Part shown: piece by piece, positions 49,188 through 57,836 of the stretch | Position numbering within the stretch: the first letter of the stretch is position 1 | How the letters are laid out: every line of letters starts with the position of its first letter | DNA from: Clostridia bacterium | GTDB taxonomy: Bacteria; Bacillota; Clostridia; Saccharofermentanales; UBA5734 | Reading direction: 5' to 3' | DNA length: 61,927 bases | NCBI GenBank assembly: GCA_009928985.1 | Contig: SABL01000002.1 | Location: 1-61,927 of the forward strand | Translations under genes and position numbers: made by a program | The notes under the pieces: model-generated | Told to the model about the DNA's origin: nothing | The model's database searches: none | What the model saw: only the letters and a program-made list of their open reading frames with translations

Positions 49188-51760
49188 GCCACATCCACTT
49201 GCCCGAACTTTTAGCACCAGCCGGCAGCATCGAGGCACTGGAAGTTGCCGTCAAAAATGGAGCTGACGCCGTCTATTTTGGACTCGACCGTTTCAGCGCC
49301 CGGAGCGCGGCGAAAAACCTGTCCCTGGAACAGCTGCCCACGGCCATCCGCTTTCTGCATGAACATTCATCGCGCGGCTATCTCGCGCTCAATACCTTGC
49401 TGCGCAACGACGAATTGCCTGCCGCCCTGGAACTGGCCCGCGAAGCTGCCGCTGCCGGGATTGATGCGATCATCGTCCAGGATGCGGGCTTGATCCGGGA
49501 ATTACGCGATCAGCTCCCCGACATCCCGCTGCATGGCAGTACCCAGATGACCTTGGCCCGCTCGAATGACATGGACTTGGCTCTGGACCTGGGCCTCGAA
49601 CGCATCGTGTTGCCGCGTGAACTGAGCGGCGGGGAAATTGCCGAACTGGCCGCCCAGGCCCGTCAGCTAGGTCTCGAAACCGAAGTCTTCATCCACGGCG
49701 CACTTTGCATCTGCTTTTCCGGCCAGTGCCTGATGAGCAGCCTGATCGGCGGGCGCAGCGGCAATCGTGGCGCCTGTGCTCAGCCCTGCCGCCTCGATTA
49801 CCAGCTCGGCCGCGAATCCGGCGCCCTGTACAGCCCGAAAGACCAGGCCTTGCTGCTCCATCTGCCAGAGCTGGTTCAGTCTGGTGTTCATTCACTTAAA
49901 ATCGAAGGCCGGATGCGCAGTCCGGCATACGTCGGTCAGGCGGTAGGCACCTATCGCCTGGCCCTCGGTCGCTATGCTCAGCTTCTGGCAGCAGGCCAGT
50001 CTGCGCGCGCTATTTCCGACCTCTGGCCTTCTGAAATAGCAGCGCTCCAGGAACGGCTCCTCCAGGCTTTCAATCGCGATGGCTCGTTCACAACCGATTA
50101 TTGGCATGGTCACACCTACAAAAACCTGATGGTCCATGGATTGCCAGGCAGCCACGGACTCCTGGCTGGTACAATCAGCCGGATCGAGGCCGGGAAAGGG
50201 CAGCTCTGGTTGCATTCGAGCCACCCGCTGCCACTTGCTGCCGGTGACATCCTGGCTATTCGCCGCCCTCAGCCTTCAGCTCCTGAGCAAGCCATCGCCA
50301 GCGCTCCGATCGGATCGTGCCAGTCCAGTCCGGACGGCTTGATCATCAAGGGTTTCCACCCCGATGCACTGCGCACCTTGCAACGAGGCGACCAGGTCTA
50401 CCGCATGAGCGACCATCAAGCCGAGCAACAGGCGCTGCAAGCCGACAACCGAAAAACAGCCATCCACATGACGCTCACCTCCCAGTCCCTTGACGCCGAG
50501 GTTACTTCCGGTTCCTTTGCCGGTTGTTCAGCCAGTGTCCCTTTTTCAGCGGATCCGGCTATCTTGCCCCTGCAACCGGAACGGGCCGAACAGCAATTGA
50601 AAAAAACCGGTGGCACCGCTTTCCGAGTTGCCGAGATCACCCTCGCCGACCCCGTTCATCTAACCATCAGCCAGCTTAATCACCTGCGGCGGGAGGTTCT
50701 GGCTCAGCTTGGCGACCAGCTGGTTGCTGCGGCCCGACGCAAAACACCGGTAGCAGAGCAGTCATCAGCCAGAATTCAGTCGCAAAATCCCAACGTAACA
50801 CCAGGCACCTCTGCAATTGCCATCGATAACTCCAGAAAACCCGAAATTTCGGCGTTTTTCCACCAGTTGCCTGAGCACGAAGCTGAGATCGCCTGTGGGG
50901 CCGATGTCTACATCCTGCCGCTGCTCGCACTGGACGACACACGTATCACATCCATAGCTTCAGCCCTGCGCTCAACTGAACCTGATGCCCGGATCGTCGT
51001 CCATTGGCCACCTCTGGTCACAGGTCACCATTCCACACAACTGTTCGAGTTGCTTGCTGCTGCTGCCCAGTGGCCGATCGACGGTGTCTGCACCGCCTGG
51101 CCAGCCTACTGGGATCCAAGCCAGGAGTCCCGCCTCCGGATTGCGGATACGACGGCCAATCTGTTCAATACACTGGCTCTGGTCGAGGCGGCTGACCGCG
51201 GTGCGACAACTCTCTGCCCGTCGCTTGAACTCAACATCGACCAGCTGACAGACGTTTTATCTGACTTTTCTGCGCTGCCGCATGCCTCATCCGTGACGAT
51301 CGAACGACCCCTCTATGGCCGCCTGCGCCTGATGAGCACAGCGTATTGCCCGATCGGCAAAAACCAAGAGCATTGCCGGCGATGTGTCCGATCCAGCCAG
51401 CCCGATGATGGCCAGCCCGAGTGGCTGACAGATCGCAAAGGAGCCCGGTTCCTGGTCGTGCCGCATCCACGGACTTGCCAAGCCGATCTTTTAAACAGTG
51501 ATCTCCTCGCTATACCCGACGAATTCGCTGCCCTTCAGCCCTCCTTGGGCCCGGCACAAGCTTGGCGGGCACGGCTCTATTTCATCGATGAAACCGTATC
51601 AGAACGTCGCGCACTGATCCAGCGAGCACGGCATCTGCTGTCATCATCACCGGAAGCAGGGAAGAAGGCCAGCAGCGATTTCCTGGCGCTGGCTCAGCAA
51701 ATCGCCACCCGGCTGGATACGCGCCTCACCACTGGCCATGACCAGCGCGGCGTCATCTGA
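49184..51760 (+). CDS. U32 family peptidase (long form with DUF3656-like extension)
   Basis: A TTG start overlaps the zapA stop. PELLAPAGSIEALEVAVKNGADAVYFG and SLKIEGRMRSPAYV blocks. Confidence 0.85.
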   Translation: MSHIHLPELLAPAGSIEALEVAVKNGADAVYFGLDRFSARSAAKNLSLEQLPTAIRFLHEHSSRGYLALNTLLRNDELPAALELAREAAAAGIDAIIVQDAGLIRELRDQLPDIPLHGSTQMTLARSNDMDLALDLGLERIVLPRELSGGEIAELAAQARQLGLETEVFIHGALCICFSGQCLMSSLIGGRSGNRGACAQPCRLDYQLGRESGALYSPKDQALLLHLPELVQSGVHSLKIEGRMRSPAYVGQAVGTYRLALGRYAQLLAAGQSARAISDLWPSEIAALQERLLQAFNRDGSFTTDYWHGHTYKNLMVHGLPGSHGLLAGTISRIEAGKGQLWLHSSHPLPLAAGDILAIRRPQPSAPEQAIASAPIGSCQSSPDGLIIKGFHPDALRTLQRGDQVYRMSDHQAEQQALQADNRKTAIHMTLTSQSLDAEVTSGSFAGCSASVPFSADPAILPLQPERAEQQLKKTGGTAFRVAEITLADPVHLTISQLNHLRREVLAQLGDQLVAAARRKTPVAEQSSARIQSQNPNVTPGTSAIAIDNSRKPEISAFFHQLPEHEAEIACGADVYILPLLALDDTRITSIASALRSTEPDARIVVHWPPLVTGHHSTQLFELLAAAAQWPIDGVCTAWPAYWDPSQESRLRIADTTANLFNTLALVEAADRGATTLCPSLELNIDQLTDVLSDFSALPHASSVTIERPLYGRLRLMSTAYCPIGKNQEHCRRCVRSSQPDDGQPEWLTDRKGARFLVVPHPRTCQADLLNSDLLAIPDEFAALQPSLGPAQAWRARLYFIDETVSERRALIQRARHLLSSSPEAGKKASSDFLALAQQIATRLDTRLTTGHDQRGVI

Positions 51761-51826
51761 TGGCTGCGACATCGCCTGCCGCATGACCTCGCAACCGACC
51801 TAGACAGAAAGGAATCTTGTCCAATC

Positions 51827-52468
51827 ATGATTGAACTCCATGAAACCAGCCTCGCAGACGAGTCCATCCAGGTCCCCATTCGGCTTGGACCAGACGGCCG
51901 CAAGCCAGTATATGCTTCCAAACATGCTGCTGGCTGTGACCTGTTTGCTCCCCGTGACCTTGCAATCCGGCCTGGCGAAACCGTCGTCCTGCCGCTCGAC
52001 CTGGTCATCGCCTTGCCAGCCGGTACCGAGGCGCAAATTCGCCCTCGCAGCGGGCTGTCCCTGAAAACTGACCTTCGCCTGCCTAATTCACCCGGCACCA
52101 TCGATGCCGATTACCGAAACGAAGTTGGCGTCATCCTGCAAAACACCTTCAATCCCGCCACGCTGCCCGGCCGGATCGCCCAGAATCCGACCCTGCTCAG
52201 CGACATCCTCACCACCCACCGCGCCATCCGCCTGCGCGACCGCATCACCGACCCAGCCCAGCTCGCAAACGACGCCCTCCAACCCCTGCTCGACATAACC
52301 CTTTTCCTCGACCCCCAAGACAACCCCTACGGCACCCTCTACATCCAGAAAGGTGACCGTATCGCCCAGATGGTCATCGCCCGCCACGAACACGCCGAAT
52401 TCACCGAACACAACGCCCCCGAAACCATCGGCCATAACCGCGGCGGCGGCTTCGGCTCCACCGGCTGA
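51827..52468 (+). CDS. dut: dUTP diphosphatase (trimeric type) with a roughly 60-aa internal insertion
   Basis: Motifs AAGCDL, RPRSGL, GTIDADYRNEVGVILQN, KGDRIAQMVI and RGGGFGSTG. There are 65 residues between ...ILQNT and IQKGDRIAQ, where canonical Duts have about 5-10. Confidence 0.88.
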   Translation: MIELHETSLADESIQVPIRLGPDGRKPVYASKHAAGCDLFAPRDLAIRPGETVVLPLDLVIALPAGTEAQIRPRSGLSLKTDLRLPNSPGTIDADYRNEVGVILQNTFNPATLPGRIAQNPTLLSDILTTHRAIRLRDRITDPAQLANDALQPLLDITLFLDPQDNPYGTLYIQKGDRIAQMVIARHEHAEFTEHNAPETIGHNRGGGFGSTG

Positions 52469-52470
52469 AA

Positions 52471-52613
52471 AACGGACCCCGTCTCAAAATCACAACTTTG
52501 GCTAAAAATTCAACACTTTGTATAACGGACAGTAACCTACTACCGAAGTCGAACAGTTTCGCCGGTCCGTTATGCAACATTATGAATATTTGCCGTATAA
52601 CGGACCCCGTCCC
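52471..52613. repeat. Copy B of the GTATAACGGAC palindromic element (composite)
   Basis: GTATAACGGAC at 52520-52530. Inverted pair GGTCCGTTATGC (52564-52575) and TGCCGTATAACGGACC (52591-52606). GGACCCCGTC occurs at both ends (52474-52483 and 52603-52612). It shares the 20-nt string ATATTTGCCGTATAACGGAC with copy A. Confidence 0.75.
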
Positions 52614-52684
52614 TTTATTGACAGCCCCCTTCACAAAGCATAGAATCAGTGTGCGCGCTCCGCTTGCGCGCCTTCACGTCTGCA

Positions 52685-52865
52685 CCCGTTGTTAGGTGAG
52701 GCTCCTGTGTGAATAGATGCTGCTGCCCGGAAACGTCGAGAGACGCCAATGGGTTACCAGGCTTTGCCGGATTAAGGCTTAACCTAATGCAGCTGGCAAC
52801 TTCCAAGACTCTTGGAAGGCAAGCCGAGGTCACTCAGTGCCAAAGCTCGATCAGGAGGGGTCGCC
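52685..52865 (+). promoter_or_regulatory. M-box (ykoK leader) Mg2+ riboswitch aptamer
   Basis: GTTAGGTGAGGCTCCTG...GCTGCCCGGAAACGTCGAGAGACGCCAATGGGTTACCAGG...GGATTAAGGC...CAGTGCCAAAGCTC matches the conserved M-box core as I remember it. It lies upstream of corA. Confidence 0.85.
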
Positions 52866-52923
52866 GTATAGTCTGAGACTGGCCACGCGTCAGCTGGACC
52901 ATGCGGTTATCAAATCGATCGAA

Positions 52924-52960
52924 AACCACCTGGCAGCCCAACAACTGCCAGGTTTTTTAT
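52924..52960 (+). terminator. Intrinsic terminator of the M-box expression platform
   Basis: CCTGGCAG-N8-CTGCCAGG followed by TTTTTTATTTT. Confidence 0.8.
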
Positions 52961-53007
52961 TTTAGATTCACCAGAATCACCAGATCCAAGGGAAGGAGGG
53001 GCTTTCA

Positions 53008-53988
53008 ATGCTGGAAATCTACAAAACCGAACTGAAAGAAATCAATGGTCGGATGGTGCCGGAGCTCAAACGCATTGACGAGATCGAGACCGACTGCTGG
53101 ATCAATCTCTACGCCCCGACCGAGGCCGAGCTGTTGCGCGTTGAAAAAGAACTTGAGTTGCCACCGGAATTCCTGCGCTATCCTTTGGACGAAGAAGAAC
53201 GGCCGCGCATCGACCTCGACGACGACACCCAGAGCCTTTTGATCATCGCCGACTTTCCCTTCATTCGCCGCGAGGACAACAACACCAAATACGAGACCAT
53301 GCCGCTGGGCATCGTCATCGCCCCCCATCGTTGCATCATTACCGTCTCCCTGCGTGAAAACGGCGTCCTCGACGCTTTCCGCAACAACCGCACTCGTGAT
53401 TTCATCACCGGCTACCGCACCCGCTTCACCTTCCAGATCATGTTCGCCGGTGCCAAGGACTACCTCAAATACCTGCGCTTCATCGACAAGACGATTGATA
53501 CCGCCGAACGCCAATTGAGCAAATCCATCAGCAACAAGGAACTCTTCAAGCTGATGCAACTGGGCAAATCCCTGATCTATTTCTCGACCTCGCTGAAGTC
53601 CAACGAGGCTGTGCTGGAACGCCTGATGCGCAGCAAACTGATGAAAAAATACGAGGAAGACGAGGATCTTCTTGAGGACGTCATCATCGAGCATCGACAG
53701 GCCCTCGAAATGGCTAACATATACAGTTCGATCATCAACGGCACGATGGATGCCTACGCCTCGATCATTTCCAACAATGTCAACCAGATCATGAAATTCA
53801 TGGCCGCCATGACCATCGTCATCTCGGCCCCGACCGCGATCACCAGCTTCTTCGGCCAGAACATCCCGTTCCCCTTTGACGGCGCAGCCTTTATAGCCAA
53901 CCCCTGGCCGTTCATAGCCATCACAGTCTCCTGTCTGGCTTTGATTGCGCTCACAATCGTCTGGTTCAGTCGCCGGAAAATGTTCTGA
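53008..53988 (+). CDS. corA: CorA family magnesium/divalent cation transporter
   Basis: 326 aa with two C-terminal TM helices. The signature loop reads FFGQNIPF, i.e. GQN where GMN is canonical. GAAGGAGG RBS. Confidence 0.88.
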   Translation: MLEIYKTELKEINGRMVPELKRIDEIETDCWINLYAPTEAELLRVEKELELPPEFLRYPLDEEERPRIDLDDDTQSLLIIADFPFIRREDNNTKYETMPLGIVIAPHRCIITVSLRENGVLDAFRNNRTRDFITGYRTRFTFQIMFAGAKDYLKYLRFIDKTIDTAERQLSKSISNKELFKLMQLGKSLIYFSTSLKSNEAVLERLMRSKLMKKYEEDEDLLEDVIIEHRQALEMANIYSSIINGTMDAYASIISNNVNQIMKFMAAMTIVISAPTAITSFFGQNIPFPFDGAAFIANPWPFIAITVSCLALIALTIVWFSRRKMF

Positions 53989-54046
53989 ACGGGCCTATAC
54001 CCGCTATCTGCTTGCACCAGCCTGCAGACTGGATTTATGAAAAACC

Positions 54047-55126
54047 TTAGCCGATAAACCTGGCCAGATAGTCTTTGACAGCCCCGAGATATGCCTCGGG
54101 GTTGTTTTTGTATCCGGAAATCGAGCCGGGCGTCGGATCGACATAGACCGCTGTGGTGTCCGGATGCAGCCGCTGGCGTTCCTGGACAATAGGCAGGATG
54201 GCGGCCGAGCCAATGAAGGTATCCGGGTCATTGTAGGCCAGGAAAACCGGCTTCTGGATCTGGGTCAGGACCGTAACCAGACTGCGCTGGCTGGTGCTGC
54301 TGGCCGAAAGCCGCACGGCATAGGGCACTGTGTGCTGAAGCAGTACCTGGCCGAGCAGATTGCCATTGCGATACACCGCCTGGATGTAGTTGTCCGGCAG
54401 GACACAGGGCGTATCGAGCAAAATCCCGCGCACATAGGACCGGTCAAAACCCAGCTGGGCAATTTTCTGGTCGATGGCCGAAAGCGCCGGACCAGAATCT
54501 CCGACCTCAGCTTCTGGCTCCATGCTGGGCCCTTCGTCAGCGGCAACCACCGTCTGCTCCGGCAATCGCGACCAGGCAAACAGGCTCGCCGTCACGCCAC
54601 TGCCAAAGCCATAAAGCAAGACATCCCGGGTCGTGGTGAAACGCCGCGCATACTGGATCGCCGCGATCACGTCTTCCCATTCCGCATAGCCATAAGCCGA
54701 CAAATGGCCCTCCGACTTGCCAGCATGGCGCAGGTCAAATGAGATCACATTATAATGATTTTCGACGAAAAATTCATAAAAACGCGGCATGTCGATGTCA
54801 AATTGCAAGCGATTCTTGCCGCTGTCATGGACCAGGATCACCGTGCTGATGGGGTCGCCCTGCGCCGGGAAAAACCAGCCGCTGAGCGTCGTCTGCTCAT
54901 CGAGCGACTGGAAACTGATCACCGAAAAGCGCGGCATGACATTGCTGGAAAAACTTTGCAGCTGGCCTGGCTCCTGGCGCATCAACTGGTTGGCCGCTGT
55001 GAACGAGGCCGCCCCAGCCGCCACAATAACAAGCGCAGAAACAACCAGCACACTGATCACCCGCCGGATCGTGGCTGTATTCTTGTTTGGAGGTCGATAA
55101 TAATTGACACTGGTTTTGGCAGACAT
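54047..55126 (-). CDS. Membrane-anchored alpha/beta hydrolase-fold protein
   Basis: TM anchor VISVLVVSALVIVAAGAASF. ILVHDSGKNR...FDLRHAGKSEG...LLYGFGSGVTA blocks. I prefer the start at ATG 55126 (MSAKTS...). Confidence 0.7.
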   Translation of the reverse strand: MSAKTSVNYYRPPNKNTATIRRVISVLVVSALVIVAAGAASFTAANQLMRQEPGQLQSFSSNVMPRFSVISFQSLDEQTTLSGWFFPAQGDPISTVILVHDSGKNRLQFDIDMPRFYEFFVENHYNVISFDLRHAGKSEGHLSAYGYAEWEDVIAAIQYARRFTTTRDVLLYGFGSGVTASLFAWSRLPEQTVVAADEGPSMEPEAEVGDSGPALSAIDQKIAQLGFDRSYVRGILLDTPCVLPDNYIQAVYRNGNLLGQVLLQHTVPYAVRLSASSTSQRSLVTVLTQIQKPVFLAYNDPDTFIGSAAILPIVQERQRLHPDTTAVYVDPTPGSISGYKNNPEAYLGAVKDYLARFIG

Positions 55127-55218
55127 GGCGACATTATAGCACGGCCCCCCGGAAGATGTGGTAGAATCGTTTTGATTTGGATCCGTTTTCGGTGCCAAGC
55201 ACCACATATGGAGGCAGC

Positions 55219-56013
55219 ATGAATTTCATCGAGGCGATATTCCTGGGCTTGGTCCAGGGTTTGACTGAGTTTTTACCCGTCAGCAGTTCCGGGCACCTGA
55301 CGCTTTTAGGTCGCGTCTTCGACATGGACGCCGAATCCCTATTCACCTTTACGTCGATGGTGCACGTCGGGACCCTGATCTCAGTCATCCTGATCATGTA
55401 CAAGGACCTGCTCGCCATCCTCAAAGACATCCTTGGTAAAAGGACCGTCCGGTTGATCATCGCCACTTTGCCAGCCGTCGTCGCTGCCGTCCTGTTCGGC
55501 GATTTCATCGAAAGCCTGTTCGGCGGCAACTCACTTGGCTACGAATTCCTCGCCACCGGCGTGATCCTCCTGGTCATGGTCCTGTTGAAGCCGAAAGCGG
55601 AAACCGAGAAAGGCGTTGGTTATAAAGAAGCCCTTTATGCCGGCCTCGGCCAGGCGGTGGCGATCGCCCCGGCGATCTCGCGCTCTGGTTCGACCATCGC
55701 GGCCATGCTGCTGGCCGGCGTTAACCGCAAAAAAGCGATCCGGTTCTCGTTCTTGATGTCAGTGCCGGCGATCCTGGGCAGTTTCCTTCTCGACCTGGTG
55801 GACATTGTCCAAGCCGATTCCCCCGTCCTGGGTGACATCGGCATCGTCAACATGCTGCTGGGCATCATCGCCGCAGCCATTTCAGGTTATCTGGCGATGA
55901 ATTTCATGATCAAAAAGCTCAATGACAAGGGCTTTCTGATCAGTGCCGCCTATGTCATTATCCTCGGCACCCTGGTCCTGATCGACCAGAGCTGGACCCA
56001 CCTGGTGTTCTGA
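55219..56013 (+). CDS. uppP: Undecaprenyl-diphosphate phosphatase
   Basis: [26 protein letters not shown]... GGAGG RBS and ATG at 55219. Confidence 0.94.
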   Translation: MNFIEAIFLGLVQGLTEFLPVSSSGHLTLLGRVFDMDAESLFTFTSMVHVGTLISVILIMYKDLLAILKDILGKRTVRLIIATLPAVVAAVLFGDFIESLFGGNSLGYEFLATGVILLVMVLLKPKAETEKGVGYKEALYAGLGQAVAIAPAISRSGSTIAAMLLAGVNRKKAIRFSFLMSVPAILGSFLLDLVDIVQADSPVLGDIGIVNMLLGIIAAAISGYLAMNFMIKKLNDKGFLISAAYVIILGTLVLIDQSWTHLVF

Positions 56014-57086
56014 TGGATAAGCCCTGCCTGATCCTCGGCATCGAGTCATCCTGCGATGAAACCGCCGCTGCTGTCGTCGCCAACGGTCGTGAAATCCGGT
56101 CCAACATCATCGCCACCCAGGCTGCTGTCCACCAGCAATATGGCGGTGTCGTGCCGGAAATTGCCTCGCGCATGCACGTCGAAGCGATCCTGCCCGTGAT
56201 CGACCAGGCCCTGGCCCAGGCCGGCACCACGCTCACTGACATCGACGCAATTGCGGTCACCTACGGCCCCGGACTGGTCGGTGCCCTGCTCGTCGGCCTG
56301 TCCGCCGCCAAAGGCCTGTCCGCCGCCACCGGCAAACCGCTGGTCGGCGTCCACCACATCGCCGGCCACATCGCGGCCAACTACCTGGCTGATCCCGCCT
56401 GGGAGCCCCCGTTCCTGTGCCTGGTCGTCTCCGGCGCCCACAGCCACCTCGTCGTTGTGCGCGATTACGAACAGTTTGAAGTCGTGGCCCGGACACGCGA
56501 TGACGCTGCCGGCGAAGCCTTCGACAAAATCGCCCGGGCCCTTGGTCTCGGGTATCCCGGCGGTCCCTTGCTGGAACAGGCAGCAGCCGGCGGTAATCCC
56601 CAGGCCGTGACCTTCCCGCGAACCCATTTCCAAGACAGCCTCGACTTTTCCTTCAGCGGCCTCAAAACCGCAGCCCTCAACCAGCTCAACCGCATGCGCC
56701 AGGCTGCTGGCCAGAGCAAAGATCCAGCAGCAGGCCAGAGCACAGGCCAGCCAGACGCCGTCTGGTCCGGCCCCATCTCCCAGGCCGATTTTGCCGCCAG
56801 CTATCAGCAGGCCATCGTCGACTACCTGACCGACCATGCCATAGCCGCTGCTCAGACACAGGGCCTGAAAAGGCTCGCTGTCGCCGGTGGCGTTTCCGCC
56901 AACCGCTGCCTGCGGGACACCCTGCAGCGGCGTGCGCAAGCAGCTGGACTGGACTTTCTCTGTCCACCTTTCGAGTTTTGCACCGACAACGCCGCCATGA
57001 TCGCCTCCGCTGGCTACTATGCTTATCAGAACGGCCGGCGCGACGGTCTCGACCTCAACGCCACAGCCACTTTGGAATTGGCCTGA
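56013..57086 (+). CDS. tsaD: tRNA N6-adenosine threonylcarbamoyltransferase TsaD
   Basis: [25 protein letters not shown] and AGGVSAN. It contains a low-complexity insert, [22 protein letters not shown]. Confidence 0.95.
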   Translation: MDKPCLILGIESSCDETAAAVVANGREIRSNIIATQAAVHQQYGGVVPEIASRMHVEAILPVIDQALAQAGTTLTDIDAIAVTYGPGLVGALLVGLSAAKGLSAATGKPLVGVHHIAGHIAANYLADPAWEPPFLCLVVSGAHSHLVVVRDYEQFEVVARTRDDAAGEAFDKIARALGLGYPGGPLLEQAAAGGNPQAVTFPRTHFQDSLDFSFSGLKTAALNQLNRMRQAAGQSKDPAAGQSTGQPDAVWSGPISQADFAASYQQAIVDYLTDHAIAAAQTQGLKRLAVAGGVSANRCLRDTLQRRAQAAGLDFLCPPFEFCTDNAAMIASAGYYAYQNGRRDGLDLNATATLELA

Positions 57087-57199
57087 ACCACACGGAAAAT
57101 GCAGCACGGTGCACAAACGAAACAATTTCGCTATATCCATATCTGTGCATTGCGCTTGACAGAATTGTATGAAGAATGTGAATTTCGATTTAGTGACAC

Positions 57200-57294
57200 T
57201 GTGGAAAAGCATGCAAATGAAGCTGCTCAGGCCTGAAAAATGGCCTTTTACAGCCCGGAAATACCATGTGGATTGTGGATAACTCTGTGGATAG
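57200..57294. promoter_or_regulatory. Cluster of four co-oriented DnaA boxes
   Basis: TGTGGAAAA (57200-57208, 1 mismatch), TGTGGATTG (57267-57275, 2 mismatches), TGTGGATAA (57274-57282, perfect) and TGTGGATAG (57286-57294, 1 mismatch), compared with TGTGGATAA, the complement of TTATCCACA. Confidence 0.6.
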
Positions 57295-57345
57295 TGTGTA
57301 TAAATTGATGAATATTGGGAAAACATGTAATAGGTAATAGGAAAT

Positions 57346-57831
57346 ATGGAAAGAAATAAATCAACATCCGGAACCAAGCTGATCGTGGAAAACCGCAAAG
57401 CCTACCACGACTACCACATCCTCGAACGGCTCGAAGCCGGCATCGAGTTGACCGGCACCGAGGTCAAATCCCTGCGCCAGGGCCGTGTCAATATGGGCGA
57501 CAGCTATGCTGCCGTCGTCAACGGCGAGCTTTGGCTCTATGCCATGCACATCAGCCCCTACGAACAGGGTAATCGCTTCAACAAAGACCCGATGCGCACC
57601 CGCCGCCTCCTGATGCATAAAAGCGAGATCCTGCGCCTGTACGGCCAATCTCGCACCGAAGGCCTGACCCTCGTACCGACCAAGCTCTATTTCAAACACG
57701 GCCGGGTCAAAGTCGAAATCGGCATTGCCAAGGGCAAGAAGAATTATGACAAGCGGGATGATGAGGCGAGGAAGCAGGCCAGCCGTGAAATCGACCGCCA
57801 CCTGAAAAACCGGCGCCACAGCGAGGACTGA
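57346..57831 (+). CDS. smpB: SsrA-binding protein SmpB
   Basis: 161 aa. [19 protein letters not shown] and a basic C-terminal tail. Confidence 0.95.
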   Translation: MERNKSTSGTKLIVENRKAYHDYHILERLEAGIELTGTEVKSLRQGRVNMGDSYAAVVNGELWLYAMHISPYEQGNRFNKDPMRTRRLLMHKSEILRLYGQSRTEGLTLVPTKLYFKHGRVKVEIGIAKGKKNYDKRDDEARKQASREIDRHLKNRRHSED

Positions 57832-57836
57832 CTCCT

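Noticed and set aside
57087-57345. Possible replication origin, because of the clustered DnaA boxes.
   Set aside because: There is no dnaA or dnaN nearby, only four boxes, and no clear AT-rich 13-mer/DUE repeats. The cluster is better interpreted as a secondary DnaA-box cluster (see the finding at 57200-57294).
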